A DNA stretch of 64,000 bases from Diplonema japonicum (taxonomy: Eukaryota > Protista > Euglenozoa: Diplonemea). Below the pieces are notes generated by a model that did no database searches, had not been told where the DNA came from, and saw nothing but the letters and a program-made list of their open reading frames with translations. Where the stretch lies: NCBI GenBank assembly GCA_964019335.1, contig OZ025697.1:434001-498000 (forward strand). Direction: 5' to 3'. Positions 10,099-21,959 of this stretch are shown here, piece after piece. Position numbers and translations under genes: made by a program. Numbering within the stretch: position 1 is the stretch's first letter; each line of letters opens with the position of its first letter.

Positions 10099-12585
10099 CT
10101 AAATGCTACCACGGTAAATATGCGGCACACGACCATGCTGCTTCACCCTCGGTTGGCTGACAAATGAAAGCTGCCTGCTCTGCGAGCGGGGGCTGAACGA
10201 CGTGTTACAAGACGCAGCCCCAAGCGACAGCGCAGGCTGCATCGCGTCCCTGTCACACACCATGGACCCCGTCCCTGTAAACGAGTTAAGAGAGAACGAG
10301 TTGGTCAGCAACGGAGTTGCCTTCAGTTCAATCTCTTGCTGCTGAACGATGTCCGCCCACTGCTCTTCTTGCAAGCGGTCTCGACGATGGGTGCAAATGA
10401 CGTAAACATCACAACATACATCCACCACCGTCTTTGCTACAACTGAGTACAGTGCAGCCGCGAAGAGGTTCTCCGCAGCACCAAATGCATCATGGCCCAT
10501 GTCCTCCGAGTAGAACCCATGCCCTTGCAAGAACAAGGCTGCTGCTGTAATTGCACTGAACACGAGGTAGAACACCCCATCTCGCTGTCTGGCATAGGGT
10601 TGGGTCCAACCTTCGAACATAATGACTACCACAAACACACACCCGATGGAGATTTTTACATTCCCACACTCCTTCATCGTCTCTGTCTCCGGCACGTTCA
10701 GCGCCCCCACAACAAACAGCAAGGCAAAGCTGAACACGCAGTACCACGACCTCATCTCCTTGTATGGCTTCACCATCGACGTGTACCTGTTGTACCAAAG
10801 GTCTTCCTTGCTCGTGGCCACCCATTCCCCCCTTCCTATCATAAAAGCCTTTGCTGGAGTAACATCCTCCTCCCTATAGTACCCTTTATTTGGGACCGCC
10901 TGTTTTATAACATAGGCGGTGTATGATGGAATGGCAAGGCAGATGAGCATTGACACAATACCCACTATGCACTGCAAGGCGTTGTGAGGGTAGAACGCTA
11001 GATGGACAGCGGAGAAAGAGGTGCCTTGGTACAGGAGGAGGAAGAAGAACAGGGCGACGGAAGGGAAGCGTGTCAGCCCTTGTGCTGCGAGGAGGGTTGA
11101 GAACATCAACTTGTTGGGGAAGAACCTCCTTGTGGCGAGCACCACGAAATAAGTCAAGGTCGTGATACCGACCGTGATGCAGAGGTTGCCCAGAAGCACC
11201 CCAAAGTAAATATTCCCTCCCACCTTCCACCCGGTGGGGTGCAGCATGAACGGCAGCTTGCTGGCCTCCGTGCACGACTGAGACGCAAGCAGTGATAGTG
11301 TCGTTGCCGCAGCCGCCGCGCCCGTGTTCACGCCCAATGTGCCTATGCCTCCAACTGCATCCACTACGCCTTCCTTCACAGCACCTTCCGCCTTCGCGTC
11401 TGCCTCTATCACCACCACATTACACGTTTCTTTTAGGTTGTACACGCTTTCCCACACATCCACTGCTACTGTCTCTCCTTTGTACCCCTGGTACTCATTC
11501 GACCCAAGCTTGACCACTACCGTCTCTCCCAGCATGTTCTGTTTCACTGTAAAACTCCTCCTCCCTTGCACCCACTGCATCCCCTTGTCCACCCCGCTGT
11601 CCCCTCGCACCGTGACAGAAAGATCAGGCACCTCTCCAGGACGGTTCGTGAAGGAGGCGTTGAACGACAAAGCGGAAGCCATGACGTCGGTGGCGGGGAC
11701 AGAAGAGGGACACCACAAGCGCACCTGGGCTGGGGGGGGTGCTGGCGTGGGGACGGGTGTTGGCACAGGGGTCGGGAGAGGTGTTGGCAAAGGGGTTGGA
11801 AGAGGTGTGGGTACAGGAGTCGGGAGAGGTGTGGGTACAGGAGTCGGGAGAGGTGTGGGTACAGGAGTCGGGAGAGGTGTGGGTACAGGAGTCGGGAGAG
11901 GTGTGGGTACAGGAGTCGGGAGAGGTGTGGGTACAGGAGTTGGGAGAGGTGTGGGTACAGGTGTAGGTACAGGGGTCGGGAGAGGTGTTGGAGCAGGTGT
12001 TGGCAGCGGTGTAAGGCTTGGCTTCGGGGGTGGTGTAGGCTGAGGTGTGGGAATTGGTGTCTTAGGTGGACCAGGAACTGGTGGTGTGGGTGGCGTGAGT
12101 GTGTCGGGTGCATCAGTGGCAGGGCCGTAGGTCACAGTCACACCAAGGGACTTCCATCTCGAAGTCAAGAGGAGAGGGTTGTCTTTGTTGTTAAGAGTCA
12201 CCACAAGGTCAGAAGTAGTCGAGCAGTCCATGCTGGGCCACCCCTTCCCTCCGCATGTCTTGGCACACCCGGTAGTGCACTGGTACTCCATGTCGTAGTT
12301 GTTCTCGCAGCCGCAGCAGTAGCTGCTATACGTCTTTCCACAGTATTCCACCACCACCTCTGTTTCAGGTGTCGGGTCGAAGAACGAAACCCATGCAAGC
12401 AGCAGCAGCTGTTCCCTGTCTACGTCGCCGATCCTCAAGCTGTAGATTCCTACAGGCCCTGTCATTGGCCCGATGTTGAGTGTGCAGCTGTCACCCATTT
12501 TTATCTTACTGCATGTCTTGGACTTGTCTGCGGCATACACTCCGGCGACTAGCAGCGTCAGGCAAATGTAGAACACACCCATCAT
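10099..12585 (-). CDS. Surface membrane protein, paralog of 2402-7414, with a PTPL/PTPV stalk (about 828 aa)
   Basis: Likely start [18 protein letters not shown] (signal peptide) at 12585, with a CACAG acceptor-like site upstream. Cys-rich domain; C-terminal TM domain highly similar to the upstream paralog (e.g. [17 protein letters not shown]). Confidence 0.9.
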   Translation of the reverse strand: MMGVFYICLTLLVAGVYAADKSKTCSKIKMGDSCTLNIGPMTGPVGIYSLRIGDVDREQLLLLAWVSFFDPTPETEVVVEYCGKTYSSYCCGCENNYDMEYQCTTGCAKTCGGKGWPSMDCSTTSDLVVTLNNKDNPLLLTSRWKSLGVTVTYGPATDAPDTLTPPTPPVPGPPKTPIPTPQPTPPPKPSLTPLPTPAPTPLPTPVPTPVPTPLPTPVPTPLPTPVPTPLPTPVPTPLPTPVPTPLPTPVPTPLPTPVPTPLPTPLPTPLPTPVPTPVPTPAPPPAQVRLWCPSSVPATDVMASALSFNASFTNRPGEVPDLSVTVRGDSGVDKGMQWVQGRRSFTVKQNMLGETVVVKLGSNEYQGYKGETVAVDVWESVYNLKETCNVVVIEADAKAEGAVKEGVVDAVGGIGTLGVNTGAAAAATTLSLLASQSCTEASKLPFMLHPTGWKVGGNIYFGVLLGNLCITVGITTLTYFVVLATRRFFPNKLMFSTLLAAQGLTRFPSVALFFFLLLYQGTSFSAVHLAFYPHNALQCIVGIVSMLICLAIPSYTAYVIKQAVPNKGYYREEDVTPAKAFMIGRGEWVATSKEDLWYNRYTSMVKPYKEMRSWYCVFSFALLFVVGALNVPETETMKECGNVKISIGCVFVVVIMFEGWTQPYARQRDGVFYLVFSAITAAALFLQGHGFYSEDMGHDAFGAAENLFAAALYSVVAKTVVDVCCDVYVICTHRRDRLQEEQWADIVQQQEIELKATPLLTNSFSLNSFTGTGSMVCDRDAMQPALSLGAASCNTSFSPRSQSRQLSFVSQPRVKQHGRVPHIYRGSI
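11740..12010 (-). repeat. 24-nt coding tandem repeat encoding (PTPLPTPV)n
   Basis: Near-perfect copies of ggagtcgggagaggtgtgggtaca on the + strand. Confidence 0.95.
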
Positions 12586-12728
12586 ATCCTCCTCGACGCT
12601 GAATATCAGCGCGACAACATTGCTTCTATTCTCACGGCTCTGTGTGATGGTGGCTATTGTCTCAGAAATCAAAAGAGATGGTGGGGGGTCAATAAAAAAT
12701 ATTTTCGTATTCGTTTCGAACAATCGCA

Positions 12729-15700
12729 TCACGTAAGTGACGAGATGCCTTTGTTGCGCATTTTCCTCTTTTTTCTGTTCTGCTGCACCCGTTGGATGAG
12801 CTCCTCGCTGGAGGCACCTATCGGTGTGGCTGTATCGCCCCACACTACATACCCATCGATGGAGGAGAAGCCTGCAAAGTTCATCTTGGTGCTGATGGTC
12901 TTCCCGTTCGTTGCTTTTTTCCGCTTCTTGTCCAACGTGCTCGCCAGCCTGTCCATCAACTCCCTCTTCCCGTCATCATGTTGCACGGGGCACACATCAG
13001 TGTCTTCCTTCCAATTCTTCAGCAGCGGGCTCTTCAAAAACCTATCTGTCACGCTGACCGTCTGGTGCATCGTCCACGGCTTCTCTAATTTCTCTCTCTC
13101 CACAACCGCCGGTGGCACTTTCTTCACAGGTACTTCTTGCTTCTCCTCTTCTTCTACCACAGGTGGTTGTTCGGGTTCTGTTTTATTCAGGACCCCCGCA
13201 AGGTTCGACACAGAAGGTTTTTTTAGATTCTTCTGTGATGCTCCTGTGGAGAACAGTGAGAATGTTGGCTTCTTTCTTCTGCTGCTTGCAAGCAACACGT
13301 GCGGTTGCATCTCTGACGATGCTGTGAAGTCGCCGGACATGTTGTCAGCGCTGGACAGGAGGCCCAGCTCAAACGTGCTGATCCCAACTGAGGGGTGTTC
13401 GTTGAAGTTGAAGTCAACACCTGCCTCTGTTGCGCCTGTGTTCTCAGGTGAGGTCATGCGTTCTGGTTGGATTTCGATGGCCGGACACGGTGACTGATCA
13501 TCGTCATCGACAGCCAAGTTAGCGCAAGCAGCTTCCTTGTTAGCCCTGTCAAGGAGCGATTGCAAAGCGGTCTGCTTGTTCTCTTCCTCGTCGCACCCCC
13601 ACAGCAATGCGTTGACTACTTTCTTCACCTTTAGGGCATCGGTTTTGATGTCTTGCCCTACAAGGTGGCCTGTATTCCTCCACTTGTCCATCAGCTTCAC
13701 TGGGCTTGTCAACTCATCCTGTGTGGCACGGTGTATGTCTTCATCGCCACACGCATCTTCCAACAGTGTGTCTGCTTCCTTGTCTGCTATCGTTTCATCG
13801 TTTTCGGTTGTGAGCAGTGTTATGGATTCCGGTTCATAGAGGTTCGACCGCCTTCGAGTCTCCTGCTTTTTGGCCGTTCTTGCCTTCTTGATGGCCTCCT
13901 CAGCAGCGGTTGCTCCGGTGATGTTGAAGCAATTCGAAACCGTCTTCGCCTTCACGTTTTTTGCAGATTTTGAGGACACCACGTTGGGAACCTTTGCCCG
14001 CATCTCCGTTTCGATCTTGTCGATGACTTCGAGCGCTTTGGGGTTCGACTGGTGCTGGATCCTGCCTTCCTTGCAGTACCACCATAACTCGTGTCTCTTC
14101 TGAATAGAATACCTTATGAGCATGGTACGGATGGAAGGCGTGACGGCCACAAGGCTGGCGTTGATGAGGCTGGACAGCTCATGTATGCTGATGATGAGTT
14201 CTAACGTGTTGCTGGAGTGGGTGTAACTATTGACCTTTTCCACAGCATGCGTCAGCTGTGCTATCGTCTCATTGTGTGCAGCATCCTTCACTTTCCGCAG
14301 CCGTGTGAGCACCCTCTCCGTCTCCGAGGTGATGAGAATGAGAGACTTTTGCATCTCCTGCTGCTCGTTGTTCACAGAAACGTCCACCTGACGCCACATT
14401 TGCTCCATCTCTTCTAACACTTTCTGTGACCTTTCACCAGCAGCTTTTCCTTTTTGTCCCCATACACCAACGCCTCCATCGTGCCTTGTGCTCTGCCACG
14501 ACACGCTGCTCCTGTTCCTTGGTATCTTGTTCGCCACCGCCTTTCTGTTTAACAGCGGTCTGGAATGGTACTTCACATCACGTTTCCTTTGCGTTGGGGC
14601 TGCTTGCTCTCTCTTCTCCGAAAGCAGTGGTGCGGGTGACATGGCGTCCAGCTGCTGTGCTTTGCTCGCATTGTGAAGCGTGGCATGCGCCGTTACGACC
14701 GATAGCTTTGACATGTGGCTGTACTGATTCTCGACAGGCACCCAGCACCGCGATGGGTCTGTGGGCATGTCCAGTGCCACAGAGTACGACGTGACCGGCC
14801 GTCCCGACAGTGGTGCAGTGGAGGGCCGCACGGTCGCGGCAGGCTTGCTGTCGGTCTTAGATGAAGCGGTGCTTTGGTTGTGTTGGTCGTCCAGGGCTGC
14901 CAGCAGCTTGTTGACGTCTTTCAACTCTTCGCGGTTCTCTGTGTCCCCCTCCGTGTCTCTCCTTGTCTCCGCCCCCTTCCCTGCTTGGTTACCTTGTTGC
15001 AGCAGCTTTTTCGTGAGCTGTGGAACAATCAAATTGTTCCAAACGGGACAATGTTCTGGCATCTCGGGCTCCGTTAGCTCTGCCGCACGCTCGACCTTGA
15101 GTTGTGCATGAGCTGCATGGCTGCCAATGACAGACTCAGCCACCCCAGGGGGGGGTGCCGTGCCATCTGCCTGGCGCAGTCCATGCTGCACCTGCGACTC
15201 GCTGTCAAGAACGGAGTCTGCGATGTACGAGTTGCGTGCGGCACTAGAGCCGTCCAGGTAGTAGCTCACAAGGGGGGACATGGCCTGCAGGGGGAACCGC
15301 CCGCAAGGGTGCCGCCCCATCCACCTTTTCCATGACTGATTGGCTTCGTCCGGCTCGTGTTTCACAGTAGGCTGCGCGCCATCCTCGTTATGGAAGAGCC
15401 GTTTGTCCTTTCCCTTCATCGAGACCACAGGTGACGAGGCACGCCCGTACTGCAGCTTGTGGCCCGCACCCTCGCCTTTGATGAAGTACAGGTCCTCTTC
15501 TATGGAGCGCAGCGTTTTGTGGTCGCTGTCCCTCCTTGTCTTTGGGATCCCGACATCGCAGAGGCCGGAGTGCTTGACTTTCTCCGCGTGCTGCTGTGTG
15601 GAGCTGCTGTATGTGAGGAGCAGCCATTTCTTTTGGGTTTCCTGCCGCTTGCTTACGAAAGGGCGTTTGGTTGTGGTGGGGGTGGTTTTGCTCTTGGGGA

Positions 15701-16229
15701 TGCTGGCGGTCCTGGTTTCGGGGGGTTTCCCTGAGTTGGAGGGGAGGAGGCCGGTGATCCAGAAGGTGACATTGAGAAGAAGCGAAGAGAGAAATGTGGA
15801 GGGGAGGTTCTTATCGTCAGGAAACGTGTGCTCGAAGCAGAGGTAGAGGGTCTTTGCAAGGAGGCAGGCATAGTCTTGCAGGGCCGTGTCCTTGCCCAGA
15901 CCTTCGAAGAGGGGGACGTAAGAGGAGGCCATCTTGCTGAAGAGTGCTTCCGTGTACGCCGTGTCGCTCACCTGCTTGAAATGCACGGCCATCACGTACC
16001 AGTACATCGCACCGAGAAGGGCTTCTGTGTAGCTGGATGAAAGCAACCTACGAACCACCACTGGCACAGCCTCTCCAAGCATCGCTTTCTGAACAAACAT
16101 TGCCACACCACCATCAAACACCTCCAAGTTCCTGCCCTCAGTTACCTTTGGTAATACTATGCTTTTTATTGGACCCTTTGCACCCTCTCCTATCCCCTTT
16201 ATCTGTTCTCTTAATTTGTTCCAAAACAT
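12729..16229 (-). CDS. FAM227/FWWh-domain-like protein with long low-complexity and coiled-coil C-terminus (1166 aa)
   Basis: Intact ORF. The N-terminal pattern [10 protein letters not shown]...[13 protein letters not shown]...[11 protein letters not shown]...FWITG resembles the FWWh domain. Confidence 0.65.
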   Translation of the reverse strand: MFWNKLREQIKGIGEGAKGPIKSIVLPKVTEGRNLEVFDGGVAMFVQKAMLGEAVPVVVRRLLSSSYTEALLGAMYWYVMAVHFKQVSDTAYTEALFSKMASSYVPLFEGLGKDTALQDYACLLAKTLYLCFEHTFPDDKNLPSTFLSSLLLNVTFWITGLLPSNSGKPPETRTASIPKSKTTPTTTKRPFVSKRQETQKKWLLLTYSSSTQQHAEKVKHSGLCDVGIPKTRRDSDHKTLRSIEEDLYFIKGEGAGHKLQYGRASSPVVSMKGKDKRLFHNEDGAQPTVKHEPDEANQSWKRWMGRHPCGRFPLQAMSPLVSYYLDGSSAARNSYIADSVLDSESQVQHGLRQADGTAPPPGVAESVIGSHAAHAQLKVERAAELTEPEMPEHCPVWNNLIVPQLTKKLLQQGNQAGKGAETRRDTEGDTENREELKDVNKLLAALDDQHNQSTASSKTDSKPAATVRPSTAPLSGRPVTSYSVALDMPTDPSRCWVPVENQYSHMSKLSVVTAHATLHNASKAQQLDAMSPAPLLSEKREQAAPTQRKRDVKYHSRPLLNRKAVANKIPRNRSSVSWQSTRHDGGVGVWGQKGKAAGERSQKVLEEMEQMWRQVDVSVNNEQQEMQKSLILITSETERVLTRLRKVKDAAHNETIAQLTHAVEKVNSYTHSSNTLELIISIHELSSLINASLVAVTPSIRTMLIRYSIQKRHELWWYCKEGRIQHQSNPKALEVIDKIETEMRAKVPNVVSSKSAKNVKAKTVSNCFNITGATAAEEAIKKARTAKKQETRRRSNLYEPESITLLTTENDETIADKEADTLLEDACGDEDIHRATQDELTSPVKLMDKWRNTGHLVGQDIKTDALKVKKVVNALLWGCDEEENKQTALQSLLDRANKEAACANLAVDDDDQSPCPAIEIQPERMTSPENTGATEAGVDFNFNEHPSVGISTFELGLLSSADNMSGDFTASSEMQPHVLLASSRRKKPTFSLFSTGASQKNLKKPSVSNLAGVLNKTEPEQPPVVEEEEKQEVPVKKVPPAVVEREKLEKPWTMHQTVSVTDRFLKSPLLKNWKEDTDVCPVQHDDGKRELMDRLASTLDKKRKKATNGKTISTKMNFAGFSSIDGYVVWGDTATPIGASSEELIQRVQQNRKKRKMRNKGISSLT

Positions 16230-16908
16230 AGAGCATTGGGGGGGGGGGGGGGTGTCTAGTTACTTTTGAGCACTACAATGGAGGGACTTTGTTTTCAAAA
16301 ATAAAATAAAATAAAATAAAAATAAATGTGGAAAGGTGGTGAGGGATGCGTGGGGCAAAAGATATATGAAAGAAAAGGAGGGGGAGGAGGGGGGTCAAAA
16401 AGTAAAAAAGAAAAAAAAAACACAGCACGGGAAACTGCCTCCTGAACGAGTCAGGGAAGAAGGAAAAAAAGTAAACCGGGGGGGGGGGGGGGGATCGCTT
16501 TTATTATCCCTCTATTCAGATTACTTTTTGAAGGGAGAGCGAAGAAGGTTTACAAATATTAAAAAAAAGAAACTTTCCCACCCTCTGCTCTTTTCTTTTT
16601 AAAGTTTAAAGTAACCCCCTGCCGATTATAATTTCCCTGTACCCCGAAAAAAAAAGTAAATGAATAAATCAAAGAAAGGATACTGAAGGCAATAGCAAAA
16701 TACCTTTTTCTTTTCTTTTTTTTCCCCCCCTTCTTCTTTTCCTTTCCCCTCCTTCTTTCTTTCTCCACTGTCCCTTTTTTTTTTTTCTTTTTCAAAAAAT
16801 TTCAACCAAAAATTACTCCGTTCACGTTTACCCACAAAGCCGTTGTTGTTTTTTTTTTCTTTTTTTCTTTTTTCTTTTTTTTTTTTGTTCTTGTTTTCTT
16901 CTTCTACT

Positions 16909-17087
16909 CCCGCTGCATGTTTCTAAAAAGGGGGTTTAAAAAGACCTTTTTCAAAAAAAAAAAAAAAAAAAAAAGATTTCTCGGGAAAGGACGCACAGTC
17001 GCTGCCTCAAGGACCTTTTGACAACCAGCAATTACTTTTCTGAGCATAACAGAAGGGGCTGACTGGGTTATGGAAACATGCAGCGGG
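16909..17087. repeat. 15-bp perfect inverted repeat (possible MITE-like remnant)
   Basis: cccgctgcatgtttc (16909-16923) and gaaacatgcagcggg (17073-17087). Confidence 0.6.
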
Positions 17088-17143
17088 CAAACTACTCTGT
17101 CTTGAACAGGGGAAAAGCAAGAAGAGAAAAAAGAGAGAAGAAG

Positions 17144-17191
<48 letters not shown>

Positions 17192-17996
17192 CTCTTGTTG
17201 TTATGAAACACAGGAAGGACCTATAATGTCCTTGCGTTGTTATGGTGGACTTGCAACCCCTTCCTCAATAAAATAATTGAGAGAGAAGAACAAAACGGGG
17301 GTAGGGGGATACCTTCTGAGCTGGAGCCTCTCAGAGAGGTGGGGGGAAAAAAAGAAGAAAAAAAAAACGAAACAAGAGAACAAAGGGGGAATAAGTCGCT
17401 GTTAATTAAGGAGGGGAGAGGATAAAAAAAAAAAAAAAAAAGAGTATATGGTGACAATTTGTCACAGCTTTCCTTCTTCTTTTTTTTTTTAAAGTGTATA
17501 CAAACATCATCTTCACCGTGCCAAGAAAAACAAAAAAATATAAGAAAAACTAAAAAAGGCAGGGGAAGGATAGAAGAGAAGAGTAACAGAGAAGCACAAA
17601 AGAGTGGGGTGGGGTGGTATTCTTTTTTTTTTAACCCTAGTGCTTAGCTGTCTCCTTTCGTTTTCATAAAGGGTCGGGGGGGGGGGAGGTAAAAGAAGTT
17701 TTTTCCCCTTCTTATTTGAAGTATCAAAAAGGTTTTTTTTTCTCTTTTTGTTTTCTTTTTGCATTGTTTGAGATACTGGCAGAGAAAAGTAAAAAAGCCA
17801 TACACTCCCCCCCCCCCCCCCCCCCCCCCGCTTGTCTGTTCTACGTGATTTCAAAGGGGGAGAGGGGGGGGGGTCAACATCTGCATTGTATAAGTATCAC
17901 TAGCAAGACACATAATTTCTTCTTTTTTTTTAATCCCAGTTTCTCTCGCACATCATCAATTCAAAAAAAAGAGAGAGAAAAAAACACTAGTGTTAA

Positions 17997-19411
17997 CCCT
18001 TAAACGCGTTCTGTAGAAGCAGTTAATAGGTGTAATTGTTCTGTGGTCATCTTGACCAAAACCTCGGATCGGTTTTCATAAAAAAAAGATGGAATGGAAA
18101 GATATTGAAAATCTGCGTTAGATGCGCTATTTGTATCCATCTGAAACCTCATAACTTCATCCCAGAACGGGTGCCGAGACACTGGGTGACACCAAAAATG
18201 GGCATTTTCCGGATTTTCATGATTTTTCCATGATTTTTTCCCTCTTTTTTTTTTTTTTCCCGAGTCACTAGGCCTTATCAAAATCAACATGCCAGCACAC
18301 AACGGGAGCAGTTCCCGTCGACCTGCAATGTTCATATGGGTTAAATCCACCTCTCTACCTCAATCCTCGTTTCTTTTTTATTTACCAGGACCGCAATGAC
18401 GATGTACTACAGTGGCCTCCTGCAGTCCGGCGGTTCAGGCCAGGAGGCTGGCAACGGTCCTGCGAGCAGACGCTGCTGCAGCGTTCCACGAGCAGCAATC
18501 GCAAGCCTTGCAGTCTGCCTGTGCCTCACTGCCGTCCCACTTGCACAGGAGGTTTGGGTCGCTCGTGCAGGCCCTCTGGTCGATCGTCCCCATGGTCGTC
18601 GGGTTCGGTCCTAGCCCGGGGTACTCGTGGTGTGCTTTGGTCACACGAGAAACGGATGGCCCTGGTGTGGAAACCAGCACTGGTGTGACGTTTGCAACCA
18701 CCGATCCCAGACGGTGACCAGCATAACGGAGCATGCATGGGTAAAGAATGTATTGAAAAGCAAGCAGTACACAGAGTGAAGTGAGAAGGCCTCCCGTCTG
18801 CACAGCCCACCACAGGATTATCCCAAGCGAAAGTAGTTCAAAGCAAAAGAATGTGCCGGGATGGTGCAACAATACCTCCTGAAATTGTGACCGTCGTGAC
18901 GCCAGAGCAGCTGGAAAAAGGAAGAGGGTGCTCACTCCAACCCCTGGGATGACCCCCCCGGGGTAAGCGGAAGTCCAGAAATGCAGAAGGTCAGTTCATA
19001 CCTCTGGCACCTTGGACACAGCTATAGCACGAGGTCTCTTCTCCTCAAACCAAATTGCTTCCTTGCCTTGCACAACTCCATGTAAATGTTTCTCGCCAGA
19101 TGCCGTCCATCTCATTGCGACAAACAGTCACCGCAGGCACCAGAACAGTGAACACCCCCATGCACACTGAGATTTTAGCGAGTTTCGCATGCATGATTTC
19201 CAGGAAAAGCAAATGAACTCATGCATCCACCTCCATGGGTCGAAAACACTAAATATTTAGTGGAATGAACACAAATCTTTCAAATCTTTCAAATACCTCG
19301 AATCAAAAAATAACCTCAAGACTCAGCATGTTTGACCCAATGCCAACAAAGACCCAAAATCGAAAAATTTCGAAAATCAATTACCCCCCCCCCCCCCCGG
19401 GCGTCTAAGGG
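17997..19411. mobile_element. Non-autonomous piggyBac-type (TTAA) element, 1415 bp
   Basis: TTAA (17993-17996) CCCTTAAACGC ... GCGTCTAAGGG TTAA (19412-19415): an 11-bp TIR with one mismatch, CCCT ends and a TTAA target-site duplication. Confidence 0.85.
18821..19185 (+). pseudogene. Degenerate copy of the 8952-9670 retroelement-like fragment inside the TTAA element (probably extends left to about 18400)
   Basis: Collinear shared blocks with the reverse complement of 8952-9670: gatggtgcaacaatacctcctgaaa, gtgctcac..caacc..tgggatga, ccagatgccgtccatctcat, cacccccatgcacactga. Multiple deletions. Confidence 0.85.
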
Positions 19412-19674
19412 TTAATCAGTTTTTTTTTTTTTTTTTTTTCCCCTTCTTCTCCCCTCCCAAACACGCGCTCACAGAAAAATTATCCTCCCCATCAGATGAT
19501 AAAGGAAAACCGGAACGGAGAAAATAAAAAAAAAGTTTTCTTTTTTGGCACACCCCTTGAATTCTGTGGGTAAGAAGATCAAAAAAAAAAAAAAAAAAAA
19601 AACAAAGGAGCGAATGGAAAAAAAAAAAAAAAAAAAAAAAATTGCACTTATAAAACGAATGAGCAGAGGGTTTT

Positions 19675-20658
19675 TCAAATAGGTGTCTGATGCAGCACCC
19701 CGGTCTGTGGACAGAACGGAGAAGCAGTCAAAAGCAAACTGCATAAAGAACAGGTAGAAGAAGGCTTGCCCAGCTTGGTCTCAAGTGTATTAATATGAGT
19801 AGACAAATCAAGGCGTTGCTGGGACAGGAGGCGGAACTCATTCCGTAGCGCGGTAAGACTGTGTAGATTAGATTTAATTATTTTTTCCCCCCCCCTCCCA
19901 TCCCATACTGGCTTTCAGGTGATCCGTCGGTGAGCAACTCCAGGTTTTTCTTATCCCCGTTGGCATTCTATTTGTTTTTTTTTTTTTCCCCCCTTTCATT
20001 ACCTTCTCCACAGCTTTCTTCCAAGTCTGAATGGGAACCCCTCGTAGCACTTCTGCACCAAACTCACTGTGACGTTCTGGAAGGGGTTTTTTCTTTTTGT
20101 GCACGTGGAGCTGGGTGCATTGAAGTTTTTCACAAAGACCCTCTTGAAGGAATTGAATGCAACGGGGAACACGGTTGGAGGCGAGCTTGAACTGTTTCTG
20201 GCAAACCCTGCATCTCAAGACCTTGGTACCATTACGAGTGCGGACGTCATCCCAGTCGTTGTGGGAACAAGGGCGTGTGGGGGTGTCGTTGGGCTTAGGT
20301 TGCTGTTTGCCCTGTGTAGGGGATCTGTCTGCGTCGTCTCTCTCAGCGTCCTCCATTCCTACTTCGTTCTCTTGATCATCGTCATCAAGCTGGGAGGGAA
20401 TTTTTTTTTTTTTTTTTTTGGATTTAGAAATACCAAGCTTGCAAAATAGGACATTGCGGCGTGGCCGTGGGACTTGCTTCCCAGTTGTACCTTAGGTATT
20501 TCCTTGAAGTTCTCCAGGCCCCGTTCACTCTTTGCCCTTGGGTCGATTTTCACCACGACAGGGACAGGGACGCAGTCCCCTCCCTCGCCGTCGTCGCTGT
20601 CTACAAAACTCATCATGTTCGACAGCATCTCGTCAGTGCGCTCAGGGTACGCACGCAT
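19675..20658 (-). CDS. Four-exon zinc-finger protein (CxHNxWDxVR...LRCRxC domain, coiled coil, C-terminal CxxC...FCPxTGxxH)
   Basis: Exons 20658-20434, 20389-20003, 19967-19909 and 19858-19675, joined by GT-AG introns of 44, 35 and 50 nt, give one open frame ending ...CSLCSLLLTASPFCPQTGVLHQTPI*. Confidence 0.75.
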
Positions 20659-20730
20659 TGTGGGTGAAATTGGTGGTTCTTCAATTTTTTCTTCTTTTCT
20701 ATTCGGTATTATTTCTTTGAGCACCAACCT

Positions 20731-20764
<34 letters not shown>

Positions 20765-20994
20765 AATCTCAGGAAAGTAAATACTGAAAGACCCAAGAAT
20801 CTTTTTAATAAAAGAAGTTACCCAAAGTAGACACCAAAAAAAAAAAAAGAAAAAAAAAAAAAAAAAAAAAAGGAAGAAGAAGAACAGGTGTATTCTTTTT
20901 TTTTTTTCTCGTGAGTAATAATTACAAACTTTTTACCTAATAAAGAAGCGGTTATTTTGTAAGGCATAACGCTGCTTCTGTGTGAAATTATAGC

Positions 20995-21130
20995 CTATTT
21001 TCCGTGAAGTAATAGTGGTTTCCGGAACTTGCGTTGTAACCTTTGTAACCCCTCTCTTGTTGTACCCGTTGTCACCGAGACGTGAAATAAAACCACTTAC
21101 CTATCGCCAAGGAATGGCTTTACCGCCTCC
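20995..21130 (+). mobile_element. Partial copy of the HINE-like repeat also found at 25097-25775 and 35941-36310
   Basis: Three collinear blocks (21001-21025, 21034-21076, 21081-21125) match 25190-25214, 25607-25647 and 25685-25728. Confidence 0.75.
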
Positions 21131-21629
21131 CCTCGACTGGAAAAAAAAACTTTTTTTCCGGACAGTGGGAACACATATATCCCAGTTATTCGCGTATTTT
21201 TGGTTGTTACAGTAATTGTGAAAAAAAAAACTTTTACTTTTTTTTTTTTTCTCGCTCGAGAAAAGGGAAGGTCTAAGGAAAATAAGAGGGGGTAAAAATG
21301 GTAAAAAAAAAGAGGGGGTAAAAAAATCGAAGTACTTCCTTTACTCAGCACATAAGTGTACAAGTTTCAAAAAAGAAAATCTTTTTCAACTACATTGCAT
21401 TTGAATAAAGGGGAAAAAAAAAGAAAAAGAAAAGAGAAGAATACCATCGCCGAAATCCCCCCCCCCCCCCCTCCCACCTGCTTAACCCTTCGGGAAGCAA
21501 TCCAGTATTTATCAAAACGAGAAACAAAAAAAAAAGAAAACAAGAGCAATTTCTTTTTCACTATGGGGAGGGGGACGAAGACTTTCACTATATATTCATG
21601 TCGCCTGTTGTTTCAACAACAAAGAGGGG

Positions 21630-21920
21630 GGGGGGGGGAAATAATTCTTTATAACAATATGTCTTTGTTGTTCGCACGAGCAAAAAAAAAAAATTGTTTT
21701 TTTTTGCTCGGCACAAGTTTGCATATCGTTGTAGGATCTTTTTTTTTTAAGAGATAAATATTCCCACGGTGCGCGGTTCATGACTGGAGTGTGAAACAAA
21801 TTATTGCACAGCAAAAAAAAATGCAGGGGGGGGGGGATAATTCTTTATAACTATATTATGTCTTTTTGTTGTTTCGCACGAGCAAAAAAAAAAAAAAAAT
21901 TTCACTCGGCACAAGTCGCA
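21630..21920. repeat. Two tandem copies of a dispersed hairpin repeat, TTGTTGTTCGCACGAGC(A)n..(T)nGCTCGGCACAA
   Basis: Cores at 21665-21716 and 21866-21914. Related copies at 978-1000, 1893-1910 and 33969-34022. Confidence 0.75.
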
Positions 21921-21927
21921 TAAAAAG

Positions 21928-21957
<30 letters not shown>

Positions 21958-21959
<2 letters not shown>

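Noticed and set aside
11324-12552. + strand ORFs with (RERCGYRS)n / (GRGVGTGV)n repeats; CRISPR-like periodicity
   Set aside because: Antisense of the 24-nt coding repeat. There are no unique spacers and no cas genes, and the context is eukaryotic.
12586-12843. Apparent overlap of the 10099-12843 ORF with the 12729-16229 gene
   Set aside because: The signal-peptide start at 12585 removes the overlap; the upstream extension begins at a non-ATG codon.
17631-17640. TTAACCCTAG, a canonical piggyBac end (also TTAACCCTT at 21482)
   Set aside because: No matching inverted partner was found, so it could be chance or an orphan end.
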